DNA of 64,000 nucleotides from an uncultured delta proteobacterium (GCA_963832165.1 CAWHTE010000004.1:256001-320000), one strand, 5' to 3'. Counted from the stretch's first letter, positions 18,376 to 27,599 are shown. Translations and numbers: made by a program. The notes: generated by a model not told the origin, from the letters alone.

Positions 18376-19605
18376 TCACGGGTTTTGCGCGGGTGCCTTT
18401 GGGGGATTCTGGAGCCGTTTCACGCGCTCGGCGATCGCCGGGTTGGCGTTCCGGACCATCGCCGCCGTTCGCCGCGTGTACTCGGGTACGTCCGCCTGGG
18501 CGAACCAGGCCTTCGCAGCTTCGGGATCGATCTCGAACCACATCTGTCCTACCAGGATCGTGGTGTCTTCGCGCCAGCGTTCCGCGGTGAGACGCCGCGC
18601 GAGCTCGATCGCCTCCCTCGGACGCTCCGCGGTGAGGTTCTGCGCGTAGATCGACATGGCCGGCTCGTTCCAGCGCTGTATTTCGGCCTTCTCGATCCAG
18701 GCGCGTGCCTTCCCTGCGTCGCGCCGCAACCAGATGCGGAAGGTGTCTACGACACCGTCGTCGCGATCGGAGCCAGCCGGCAGCGACGCCAACCACGCCA
18801 TCGCGCGTTCGGGGTCGTGTTGGACCCAGCGCGTTCCGATGCGCCGCGGGTAGCTGGAGAGACGGGCGTCATCGCCCGCATTGACCCGGGACCTGGCCCA
18901 CTCGGCGGCGAGCGGAGCGCCGTTCTTGTCGAGCGCGGCGGCGCTCGCGACGCGCACCGACAGGATGTCGCGGATCGGCCCCTCTGCGAGCGAGTCCACC
19001 CAGCGGAACGCTCCTTCGGCACCCAGCGCGATCACCTTCCTGCGCGCGATCGTCTCGCAGATCTGTTGTACCTCGATGTCGGTAAAACTCTGGAGCGAAT
19101 CCATCAAGCCGGGTTGGCCCGATTCGTCCCACCCCGCGACCGCGGCGTCGCTTGCGAGATCGCGCTGCAACGGGAGTGCCAGGCCGCGCGCCATCCCCAA
19201 CGCCTTCTGGGGGTCCTTGTGCGCCCAGGCGCGGATCACCGCCGCGATCACGTTGGCGTGGCGCGCCCGCCAGTCGGTGCTCGTCCACGCAAACGCCGCC
19301 TCGGGGTCGTGCTGCGCCCACCAGATCGCGAACAGAACGAGCTCCGGGTCGCCGCTGTCGACGGGCGAGGTCTCGAATACCTCGACGATGTTCGGTGCGC
19401 TGCTCGGGTCCAGGCGCGGAATCAGGACGCCGAGCTCGGAGACCCGCAGCAGCGGATCCGGCTGCGCGAGGATCTCTCGCACGCGCTTGCCGGCGGCTTC
19501 TCCCGTGAGCTCCTCGGGTCTGGGCGAGCCACATCCGGCCGCCGCGATGGCAAGAGAGAGCAGGGGGAGCCCGAAACGCAGGAACCAAGGGGGGGGCTTG
19601 GACAT
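18376..19605 (-). CDS. Hypothetical lipoprotein with helical repeats (WAxxDPxAAxxW)
   Basis: ATG 19605; lipobox AAAGC; repeats WAQHDPEAAFAW, WAHKDPQKAL, WVQHDPERAMAW and WFEIDPEAAKAW. Confidence 0.75.
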   Translation of the reverse strand: MSKPPPWFLRFGLPLLSLAIAAAGCGSPRPEELTGEAAGKRVREILAQPDPLLRVSELGVLIPRLDPSSAPNIVEVFETSPVDSGDPELVLFAIWWAQHDPEAAFAWTSTDWRARHANVIAAVIRAWAHKDPQKALGMARGLALPLQRDLASDAAVAGWDESGQPGLMDSLQSFTDIEVQQICETIARRKVIALGAEGAFRWVDSLAEGPIRDILSVRVASAAALDKNGAPLAAEWARSRVNAGDDARLSSYPRRIGTRWVQHDPERAMAWLASLPAGSDRDDGVVDTFRIWLRRDAGKARAWIEKAEIQRWNEPAMSIYAQNLTAERPREAIELARRLTAERWREDTTILVGQMWFEIDPEAAKAWFAQADVPEYTRRTAAMVRNANPAIAERVKRLQNPPKAPAQNP

Positions 19606-19655
19606 GGCCGCGTATTCTACGAGGCGTGCAAGCCCCTGCAACCAAACGCGGAAAC

Positions 19656-19692
19656 TGGGAAATGAGTTTCCCAAACTAGGAAACACATTTCC
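19656..19692 (+). promoter_or_regulatory. Tandem GGAAA-N4-TTTCC palindromes, candidate sigma-54 activator UAS
   Basis: tgggaaa-tgag-tttccca (19656-19673, perfect arms) and ggaaa-caca-tttcc (19679-19692); centres 21 bp apart. Confidence 0.6.
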
Positions 19693-19766
19693 CCTCGCCG
19701 CGACTCCTATCGGGGGTCGTCGGACAAAAGCCTGCCATTTCCAGACTCTTGTCGATTTCATGACCG

Positions 19767-19782
19767 GGGCATGTTTCTTGCG
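19767..19782 (+). promoter_or_regulatory. Sigma-54 -24/-12 promoter motif
   Basis: GGGCATGTTTCTTGCG has GG-N10-GC spacing and lies about 75 bp upstream of the second PEP-CTERM gene. Confidence 0.6.
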
Positions 19783-19855
19783 TGGTAACATGCGCTCGCC
19801 GGTCTTTCGGCCGGAGAGTTGCGCCTGCCCTGGGCGCCAAAGCCAAGGAGACCTC

Positions 19856-21148
19856 ATGACCGCTCGATCCCTCTGGGCACTTTCGATCGGTGCAACGCTG
19901 ATGTTAGTCAGCAGCGCCGCCGGCGCCGTGAGTTATGGGTTCACGGGCAAGTTCACCTCGAACCGCGGGAAGATCATCAACATCCCCGTGGTCGGGAACA
20001 CCCCCTGCGCTCCGCTGACGCTGATGTCGGGTCCGGGTATGGGTGGCAAGACGACGCCCATGACCCACATGATCGTCCGCGGCGCGAATACGCAGCCCCA
20101 GAAGGCGGTCACGACCAATTTCAACATGACCGGCCGTGATCTCCTCTGCGTTGCTCATCTTCCGGGCAAGAAGCTCACCACGGACAACATGGTCACCGCG
20201 ATGGGCAATGGCGGTGGGTTCGTGATGCCGCCGAACGTATTCTCGAAGCCGCTGCCGCCCTACGTGCGCGCCGTCGAGGTGAAGTACGCACCGCCGGTGC
20301 TGCAGCTCGCCACGAGCTTCAAGATCACGGGTCCCGGTGCTGTGCGCACCACGCCGCCGGCCGGTACGATGGTCAACGGCGCGAACACCGCGCCATTCCA
20401 CGCGTTCGAGCAGAACGCCTTCGCGAAGCAGTCCGGCCGCGGTGTAGCGGACTTCGCCTGGTGTCCGAACAATCCGCCCGCGAAGGGTGTTTTTCCCTGC
20501 GGCAACATCACCCAGGGCGGGCCGCCCTTGCTGATCCGGTACTCGGGACCGGCCAACGGGAGATACTTCGGCGGGACGATGGCCTACATCATTACCACCG
20601 GGCCCAACGTGTCGAGCCTCGGCATCGGCGCGGGTGGCGCGGCGGCCGGCTTCCAGGTCCTCGCGGGCATGGGCTCGCAGCCCACGGGCCGCGGATTTGC
20701 CGAGTTCCTGACCGACAAGCTCATGATGGGGCCGATCTATGCCGGCGCGGTGCTGAATACCGTTACGCCGGGCCCGATCCTCGGCATGCAGAAGCTCATC
20801 ACGATGGTCGGTGCCAAGCAGCTGATCTCGTTCCCGAGCGGAACGAACTTCAACTGGGGCTTCCCGTTCACGACGCGGACGGTGCTCGTTCGCAATTACG
20901 CCTCGCGCACGACCACGCTGACCGCGATGGGCTATGACAAGCGCGGCACCCCGACCGCGATGGGCAAGCGCAACCTGTCGATGGTGGCGGGCGGTCTGGC
21001 GCTGGCCCGGCTCGTCGGCGCCTCCGACCAGCCGACGCCCGAGATCATGTCGATCCTCCTGCCGGAGCCCGGCGCGACGATGCAGATCGGGGCGGGCGTG
21101 CTGAGCCTGCTCGGCATCGCGGCCTGGCGATCGCGCCGAGTCCGCTAG
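19856..21148 (+). CDS. PEP-CTERM-type surface protein (Gly/Thr/Pro/Met-rich, basic)
   Basis: RBS aaggag before ATG 19856; signal peptide ending AAGA; C-terminus LPEPGATMQIGAGVLSLLGIAAWRSRRVR. Confidence 0.88.
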   Translation: MTARSLWALSIGATLMLVSSAAGAVSYGFTGKFTSNRGKIINIPVVGNTPCAPLTLMSGPGMGGKTTPMTHMIVRGANTQPQKAVTTNFNMTGRDLLCVAHLPGKKLTTDNMVTAMGNGGGFVMPPNVFSKPLPPYVRAVEVKYAPPVLQLATSFKITGPGAVRTTPPAGTMVNGANTAPFHAFEQNAFAKQSGRGVADFAWCPNNPPAKGVFPCGNITQGGPPLLIRYSGPANGRYFGGTMAYIITTGPNVSSLGIGAGGAAAGFQVLAGMGSQPTGRGFAEFLTDKLMMGPIYAGAVLNTVTPGPILGMQKLITMVGAKQLISFPSGTNFNWGFPFTTRTVLVRNYASRTTTLTAMGYDKRGTPTAMGKRNLSMVAGGLALARLVGASDQPTPEIMSILLPEPGATMQIGAGVLSLLGIAAWRSRRVR

Positions 21149-24100
21149 TCACTTTCTCTGTTTCGCACACCGGGCCGCCTCTCGAGGCGGCCCGGTTCTT
21201 TTTGGGCGTCGCGCAGGGCGGCCTCTGCCCGACGGGGGCCGCGCGACCGCCAGCTCGGATCGCCGAGTCGCCGCAGCGTGTCGCTGCGCAGCCAATACAG
21301 CTCGGGATCGTCGGGCGTGGCGCGCGCCAGATGGCGCGCGCGGTTGAGGAGCGCGCGGCTCGACGCGCGGCTCGAGGTGCGGCGCGGGTCGAGCTCCTCG
21401 AGCAGGTCGGAGAGCGTCTTGAGCACGGTGAAGTGATCGCGGGCGGCCGCGGCCGCCTCGGCAAGCATCAAGATCGAGCCGGGGTCGGAGCGATTGCGCA
21501 GGTTCGCTTCCGCGAGCGCAACCGCATCCTGGATCAGCACCGGGTCGCGGGTCGCGAGCCGCCCTTGGATGCGCAGCCGCACGGCGTCGGCAGCGAGCGG
21601 ATGGTGTAGCGGGACCTGCCCGAGGGCCGATTCGAGGGCGCCCGTGGCCAGACTGCGCGGATCGCGTGCGCGCGCGCGCCAGCCGTCCGCGAGCGCGCGC
21701 TCGATCTCTGAGAGCGGGGGCGGGAGCACCTGCTCGGGATCGACGCCGTCCGCGATCCTCCCGGCTGACAGTCGGAGCATGGCGGCCCGCGCCTGCACAT
21801 GATTCGGATCGAGGCGGAGCGCTTCCTCGAGGTGGCGCCGCGAACCCACGCGCTTGCCGTCCTCGATCGCGGCGATCGCCTGGCCTACCGCCCGCTCTAC
21901 TGGATCGGAGAGCGCCGCGGCTACGCGCTCCGCCCGGGCGGCCGGGAGACGGCTGACGAGGTAGAAGACGTCGATTCCCGCCGGCAGCCGGTGCACGAGC
22001 GGATCGACCGGCGCGATCAGATCGTCGGCCTTCTGCACGAGCGCGGACTCACCGAGCCGATTGGCCCGACTTGCGAGCCGGTTGTGGCCATCCCGATTCA
22101 GCGGAGCGCCGCGCGCCAGCTCCGCGACTGCGGGCTCGTCCAGCAGCAGATTCACCGTGACATCCTCGGGAACGCGGATGCCGACCTCGCTGAAGGGCCC
22201 CGGGGCGGCGGCGAGGGCGCGCGCGGTGCTGGCCTCCATTTCGAATGGGGCGTTCGACGCGAGAAACAAGATCGACCCGCGCGGCGGCGGCGCATAGACG
22301 CGCACGTGCGGAAACACATCGACGAGCGTCGCGAGCATCGATCGGAACAGCGCTTCGTCGACGAATGGAAGGCCGATCCACTGCAGGAAAACGCCATCGG
22401 GAGCGAGGCGGCTGCGCACGAGAGCGAAGAATTCGCGCGTGTACAGGTGCGATGCACCGCCCGCCCAGGGATGCGAAGGCTGCGAGACGATCACGTCGAA
22501 GCTCGCCCGTGCGAGGGAGAGGGCGTTGCGCGCATCGTTCAGGTGGATGTGGACTCGGGGGTCGGAGAGTGGATCGCGCCAGCGCTCTTTCGCGACGATG
22601 CGGTTCGCCTCGATCACCTCGGGCTCGAGCTCTACCACGTCGATCCGCTCGATCGACGGCGGAACCACCTCGAGCGCCATTCCGCCGCCGAATCCCACCA
22701 GGAGGAGCGAGCGTGCTTCGGGGCGCGCCACGAGCGGCAGCGCCGTGAGCCAGTGCGTCACCCGGTTCCGGGTAGAGGAGCTGTTGCGCGGCATTCCGGC
22801 CTCGGGCAGACCGTTGGTGCGCAGACTCCAGGCTGCGCGCTCATCGGTCACGAGAACCGTGGACGAACGGCCTACACCGAGATACGTGACCGGCCCCCAG
22901 GATCGCATGCCCCCCATCGAGCTCGCCCGCAGCATGTTCCAGGGCGTCGCGGGGGGTGCCACCGCGAGCGCGATGCCGCCGGCCGCGGCGATCGCAGCGA
23001 CGATCCGGCGCCGCGGTTCGAAGATCAGCGCTGCGGCACCCGCGAGGGCCAGGTTCAACGCCACAGCGACGATCAGCGCGCCTGCGAAGCCGAGACCCGG
23101 GATCAGCAAGAAGCCCGCGCAGATCGACCCTGCGATCGAGCCGACGGTATTCGCCGAATAGACGCGCGCGCTCGCGGGGCCGGCGGTATCGCTCCCGATC
23201 GCGAGCACGCGCACCGCGAACGGGTACGTGGCGCCGATACACAGCGCTGCCGGGAACAGCGTGACCGCACAGGCTCCGATGTGGGTCCAGATCACCGAGG
23301 ACCCGCGCACTCTCACCCATTCGGAGAACTCGGGGATCTGGTTCACGATCGCAAACGCAGCGATCGAGAAGCCCGCGATCCCGAGCTGAGCCAGGCCGAA
23401 TCCGAGCGCTGCGCGCGACCTCGAGCTCGCGAGGCGCGAGGCGATCGCGGCGCCGATCGCGATGCCCGCGAGGAAGCTCGCGAGCATGGTCGCGAACGCC
23501 TGAGCGCCGCTTCCGACGACGTGTCCGACCAGGCGGACCCACAGCACTTCGTAGGTGAACGACACGAAGCCCGAGACGCAGACCAGCGCGAGGATCCAAC
23601 GCGCGCGGCCGCCCGCAGTCGCCTCGTCCGCAGCATCTGCGGCTACGGGCGCGAGAGCGGGGGCGGTCCGCGCGAGCGCCCAGGCCGCGCCGAACACGAG
23701 CGCGTTCACACCGGCCGCGGCCGCGATCGTCGCGCGCAACCCGAGCGCGGGCAGCAGTACGAACGCGCCGGCGACCGTGCCCACCACGGCGCCCGCCGTG
23801 TTGACGGCGTAGAGCACGCCGATCCGGCGCCCGATCTCGCTCTCGGAGCGCACCGAATAGCGCACGAGCAGCGGCAGCGTCGCGCCCATCATGGCGGTCG
23901 GGATGAGCAGGATCAGGAACGAGCAGACCAGGTAGAAGAGCGCGGTGGTGAGCCCACCCGCGTCGGGCAGCACCTCCTGGCTGCCGAAGAGCGCGACGTA
24001 GAGCCAACGCGAAGCGGCGATGCCGATCGGCACGGCGAGCGCCGAGATCGCGATGCCGAGCTCGAGCAACCCATAGGCGAGCACGGGCCGCGCGAGCCTC

Positions 24101-24297
24101 GTGCCATAGCGACCCGCGAGCGCGGCACCCACCGCGAGCCCGCCCATGTAGGTCGCGAGCACCGTCGCGACGGCGAGCTCCGAGGTGCCGAACACGAACG
24201 CAAACTCGTGGGTCCAGGCGGTCTCGTAGATCAGCGCGGCGAGGCCGGACAGGAAGAAGCACAGGAGCAGGAGCGGAAACGACGGATCGCGGGACAT
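21145..24297 (-). CDS. Fused MFS-like membrane domain / spermidine-synthase-like SAM-binding domain protein with helical C-terminal extension
   Basis: LSGLAALIYETAW, YGLLELGI, LYAVNTAGAVVG, then LLVGFGGG, VELEPEV, NDAR and DVIVSQPSHPW...LYTREFF. Confidence 0.88.
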   Translation of the reverse strand: MSRDPSFPLLLLCFFLSGLAALIYETAWTHEFAFVFGTSELAVATVLATYMGGLAVGAALAGRYGTRLARPVLAYGLLELGIAISALAVPIGIAASRWLYVALFGSQEVLPDAGGLTTALFYLVCSFLILLIPTAMMGATLPLLVRYSVRSESEIGRRIGVLYAVNTAGAVVGTVAGAFVLLPALGLRATIAAAAGVNALVFGAAWALARTAPALAPVAADAADEATAGGRARWILALVCVSGFVSFTYEVLWVRLVGHVVGSGAQAFATMLASFLAGIAIGAAIASRLASSRSRAALGFGLAQLGIAGFSIAAFAIVNQIPEFSEWVRVRGSSVIWTHIGACAVTLFPAALCIGATYPFAVRVLAIGSDTAGPASARVYSANTVGSIAGSICAGFLLIPGLGFAGALIVAVALNLALAGAAALIFEPRRRIVAAIAAAGGIALAVAPPATPWNMLRASSMGGMRSWGPVTYLGVGRSSTVLVTDERAAWSLRTNGLPEAGMPRNSSSTRNRVTHWLTALPLVARPEARSLLLVGFGGGMALEVVPPSIERIDVVELEPEVIEANRIVAKERWRDPLSDPRVHIHLNDARNALSLARASFDVIVSQPSHPWAGGASHLYTREFFALVRSRLAPDGVFLQWIGLPFVDEALFRSMLATLVDVFPHVRVYAPPPRGSILFLASNAPFEMEASTARALAAAPGPFSEVGIRVPEDVTVNLLLDEPAVAELARGAPLNRDGHNRLASRANRLGESALVQKADDLIAPVDPLVHRLPAGIDVFYLVSRLPAARAERVAAALSDPVERAVGQAIAAIEDGKRVGSRRHLEEALRLDPNHVQARAAMLRLSAGRIADGVDPEQVLPPPLSEIERALADGWRARARDPRSLATGALESALGQVPLHHPLAADAVRLRIQGRLATRDPVLIQDAVALAEANLRNRSDPGSILMLAEAAAAARDHFTVLKTLSDLLEELDPRRTSSRASSRALLNRARHLARATPDDPELYWLRSDTLRRLGDPSWRSRGPRRAEAALRDAQKEPGRLERRPGVRNRESD
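21169..21203 (+). terminator. Rho-independent terminator of the PEP-CTERM gene
   Basis: 12-bp stem accgggccgcct / aggcggcccggt, loop ctcg, followed by tcttttt. It lies inside the 3' end of the convergent gene. Confidence 0.85.
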
Positions 24298-24490
24298 GGG
24301 ATGGCGGCGCCTTGGGCTCGGTGGATTGGAGCGGGGCGCCCCATGGTTTCGGGCGGGAGCATATCAACGAGGCGGCGTTCCGGACCTGCGGAGCCGTGGC
24401 CGGACCGCCGCTCGGGGGCGGTTTCGATCTCGATCCGATTTCGGTTGGCGCGCCCTACCCACTATGCGAAGCTCGGCGCAACCGGAACCC

Positions 24491-24856
24491 ATGGGGTCGC
24501 AGATGGCGGTGGCAGCGGTCGGTGCGGCGAGATCCCGAGCGCGGCGCACCGCGCCGGCGCTGGTCGCGCTCGCGCTCGTACTCGCGCTCGGACCGCGTGT
24601 AGCCGGGGCTGCGGGCTTCTCGGAATCCGCGAGCGCCGCCGCGTCCGTGGGAGAGGACGCCTTCGACCTGATCGTGCTGCGGCCGACCGGCGCAGTGGCG
24701 CTGGCCCTGGGCTCGATCTTCTTCGCCGCGAGCGTGCCGTTCGTCGCGCCGGCGCCGGCGTTCAAGGGCTCGACCGAAGGGATCCAGGGCGCGTTTGACG
24801 TCTTCGTCCACCCGCCCTACGAGTACACCTTCCTGCGCGACCTCGGAGATTTCTGA
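24491..24856 (+). CDS. Small conserved membrane/exported protein (DLIVLRP...YTFLRDLG type)
   Basis: Signal-like N-terminus, DLIVLRPTGAVALALGSIFFAASVPF and PYEYTFLRDLGDF. Start uncertain. Confidence 0.6.
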   Translation: MGSQMAVAAVGAARSRARRTAPALVALALVLALGPRVAGAAGFSESASAAASVGEDAFDLIVLRPTGAVALALGSIFFAASVPFVAPAPAFKGSTEGIQGAFDVFVHPPYEYTFLRDLGDF

Positions 24857-24864
24857 GCGGAGCG

Positions 24865-26349
24865 TCAGCGGAGCGCGGCGCGCGCGTCGATCCGCTGCAT
24901 CAGCGCGAGGGCGTCCTCGAGCTCCGACTCGCTGCGCGCACGCGCGCGCAGGATCTCCGCTTCTCGGCGCGCTGAGTCGCGATCTTCGCGCGCGAGCGCG
25001 ATCTCCAGGGCGAGCCGGCCCAGCGCGGCGTCGCCGGGGAGCCGTGCGCGCGCGGCGTTCAGGTGCTCCATTGCGGACGCGGGATCCTCGCCTTCGAGCA
25101 GGTAGGTGGCGGCCAGACCCGAGTGGGCCTCGGGCAGGTCTGCGTCGAGCGCGAGGCTGCGGTCGTAGTGCTGCCGCGCGCGGGCGATCAGCGCCTCGCG
25201 CTTTGCCGGGTCGGCCGTATCGGCGGCCCGTTCGCGCACGAGGTTCGCATAGCGCAGGTGGATCAGCGCTTCGTCGGGTGCGGCCGCGAGCGCGGCCTCG
25301 TAGCGAGCATCGGCGCCCGCGCGATCGCCCGCCGCTTCGGAGAGCTCGCCGAGACCCGCGAGCGTGAGCGCCGAGGTCGCGTTGCCCTCGAACGCCTTCT
25401 CGAGATACTTCGAGGCCTGCTCCTGGTTTCCGATCGCGAGCGCGAGCTCCCCGAGCTCCTCGAACACGGTCTGCTTGGAGATCGTGCGCGTCACGGTCGC
25501 GGGGCCCCTCCACGGAATCCGCACCGAGAGCGTGGGGAACGTGCGCGCGGTGACGTACTGGTAGACGTTTCGTTGCACGTCTGCGGGCTCGCCGATCGTG
25601 ATCCGCGCGGCGACCTCGGGCGGCGTGCCGTGGCGGAGCTCGGCGCGGAAACGGGTCAGCAGCTCGTCGCGATGGGGTTGATTCGCCGTCTGGACCACGA
25701 GGAAATGGCAGAGCGCCCAGAATTCCGCCTCGACGACCGGGCGCTCGAGTCGCGACCATCCATTCAGATCGGACGTGGCGAACAGTCGCTCGAACGGAAC
25801 CCAGCCGCTGTTGCGCAGCGCGCGCACGTGGTCCTTCCGCATCTGGCCCACGGTCGCGCGATCGCTGCTCGTATCGGCGGTGCTCAAGAGCTGCGGCATC
25901 CCTTCCTCGAGCCACGCCGGATGGGGCTCCCGCGATGCGTTCCAGAACAGCCGCCGCGCGTACGCGGCCTTGAGCGAGATGCGCGCGTCGTCCTCCCACC
26001 CGCCGCCCGTGCGCAGCACGATCACGTCCCCGCGCTGGCGCGGCAGGAGATAGCTGCGCTGATCGAGATAGGCGTACGGTCGACCGACCGAGCGATCGTC
26101 GAACGCGTAGACGCGCGTGCGGGCCGGCTCGGGGGAGAGCGCCATCCCCCAGGTGAATTCTGCAGCGGCGCGGAAGCGCTCCATCTCGGCCGCGAGCTGC
26201 GCGGTGTCGTCTTCGGTGAGGGAGCTCCAGATGTCGAAATGGGGCGTCTCGATCCGCATCCAGTCGCGGCTCTCGAGCGGCGTGGTGATGCAGCCCGCGA
26301 GCACGAGCGACAAGGAGAGCGCGAGGCCCAGGAACGCGCGTTGGGTCAT
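24865..26349 (-). CDS. Lipoprotein with DUF1570/peptidase-MA-like domain (HExxH missing) plus TPR repeats
   Basis: Lipobox LAGC; WMRIETPHFDIWS; PAWLEEG; C-terminal TPRs. Confidence 0.7.
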   Translation of the reverse strand: MTQRAFLGLALSLSLVLAGCITTPLESRDWMRIETPHFDIWSSLTEDDTAQLAAEMERFRAAAEFTWGMALSPEPARTRVYAFDDRSVGRPYAYLDQRSYLLPRQRGDVIVLRTGGGWEDDARISLKAAYARRLFWNASREPHPAWLEEGMPQLLSTADTSSDRATVGQMRKDHVRALRNSGWVPFERLFATSDLNGWSRLERPVVEAEFWALCHFLVVQTANQPHRDELLTRFRAELRHGTPPEVAARITIGEPADVQRNVYQYVTARTFPTLSVRIPWRGPATVTRTISKQTVFEELGELALAIGNQEQASKYLEKAFEGNATSALTLAGLGELSEAAGDRAGADARYEAALAAAPDEALIHLRYANLVRERAADTADPAKREALIARARQHYDRSLALDADLPEAHSGLAATYLLEGEDPASAMEHLNAARARLPGDAALGRLALEIALAREDRDSARREAEILRARARSESELEDALALMQRIDARAALR

Positions 26350-27599
26350 AGCCGGTCCACCACGAGTCTACCCCCCTTGGCCACGGCCCGGATCTTGTCG
26401 GGATCGCGCAGCACCGCGATGTCGATGCTCGGATCGCCGTCCACGATCACGAGATCGGCGAGCCGGCCCGGGGCGATCGCGCCGAGCTCGTCGCCGCGCC
26501 CCATCGCTTCGGCACCGTGGCGCGTCGCCCAGCGCAGCACGTCGAGTGGCGCGATGCCGATGTCCTTCACGTAGAACTCGAGCTCCGCCGCATAGCTGCC
26601 GTGGGGGAGCATCAGCACTCCGTAGTCGTCGCCCGTGAGCAGACGCACGCCCGCGGCGTTCGCCTTGGCCACCATCTCGCACGCGCCGTCGAACTCCCGG
26701 CGCATGCCTTCGAGCTGCTCCGGCGTCGCGATCGGCACGTCGCCGCGGTAGTCGAGCAGCAGCTTGATCAGGAACAGGCTCGGACACAGGAACGTGCGGT
26801 GCTCGAGCATCGCGTCGATGCACTCGGCGTCGGCCGCGTCGCCGTGATCGATGATGTCGACGCCCTCGCGCACGCATTCGAGGATCAGGTCGCGCCATGC
26901 GCAGTGGGCGCGCACGCGCACTCCGCGCTGGTGGGCCGCCGCGACGATCGCGCGCAGCTCGTCGGTCGCGAATCCGCGCGTGCTGGCGTCCTCGGCCACG
27001 CCGTGGCCGCCGCTCGCAAAGATCTTGATCATGCGCACGCCGCGCTTGATCTCCTCGCGCACCGCCTTGCGGAACTCGTCGGGGCCGTCGCAGAACCGCT
27101 GCGCACCGAGGTTGCCGAGCCGCCACCAGTACTTGCCCGTGTCGTTGTAGTCGCCCGTCGTGTCGAGCGCGAGGCCGCCCGGCACGAGCCGCGGACCTTC
27201 GACCACGCCTTCTTCGATCGCGAGCGCGAGCTCGGCATCGACGTTGTCGTTGACGACACCTGCCGACACGATGCCCGTGAACCCCGCATGGAGCGCGCGC
27301 CGCGCGTTCTCGGCCGCCACGAGCATCAGGTAGCCGGGCGGTTTCTCGATCCCGAGCGGCTCGGGCATGATCGTGATGTCGCGATAGGTCGAGTGGTAGT
27401 GCGAGAGGATCAGGCCCGGCAGGAGCGTGCGCCCGGCGAGGTCGACCACGCGATCGCTCCCGCCCGTAGCCGGCATCGGCGCGCCGCCGGGGCCCGAGAC
27501 GGCGCCGATGCGATCGCCCTCCACGACCACGGTCGAGCCCGCGCGCGCGGGCCGTTCGCCGTCGAGCAGGTTCGCATTGCGGAAGATCGTGCGGTTCAT
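26346..27599 (-). CDS. Amidohydrolase family protein (prolidase-like, metal-dependent)
   Basis: DLAGRTLLPGLILSHYH, IKIFASGG, VRAHC, IDHG, TGDDYG and GRLADLVIVDGDP. Confidence 0.9.
   Translation of the reverse strand: MNRTIFRNANLLDGERPARAGSTVVVEGDRIGAVSGPGGAPMPATGGSDRVVDLAGRTLLPGLILSHYHSTYRDITIMPEPLGIEKPPGYLMLVAAENARRALHAGFTGIVSAGVVNDNVDAELALAIEEGVVEGPRLVPGGLALDTTGDYNDTGKYWWRLGNLGAQRFCDGPDEFRKAVREEIKRGVRMIKIFASGGHGVAEDASTRGFATDELRAIVAAAHQRGVRVRAHCAWRDLILECVREGVDIIDHGDAADAECIDAMLEHRTFLCPSLFLIKLLLDYRGDVPIATPEQLEGMRREFDGACEMVAKANAAGVRLLTGDDYGVLMLPHGSYAAELEFYVKDIGIAPLDVLRWATRHGAEAMGRGDELGAIAPGRLADLVIVDGDPSIDIAVLRDPDKIRAVAKGGRLVVDRL

Noticed and set aside
18881..19855. N-terminal extension of the 755-aa PEP-CTERM ORF
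   Set aside because: It overlaps the opposite-strand lipoprotein and the promoter region. The signal peptide and RBS are at 19856.
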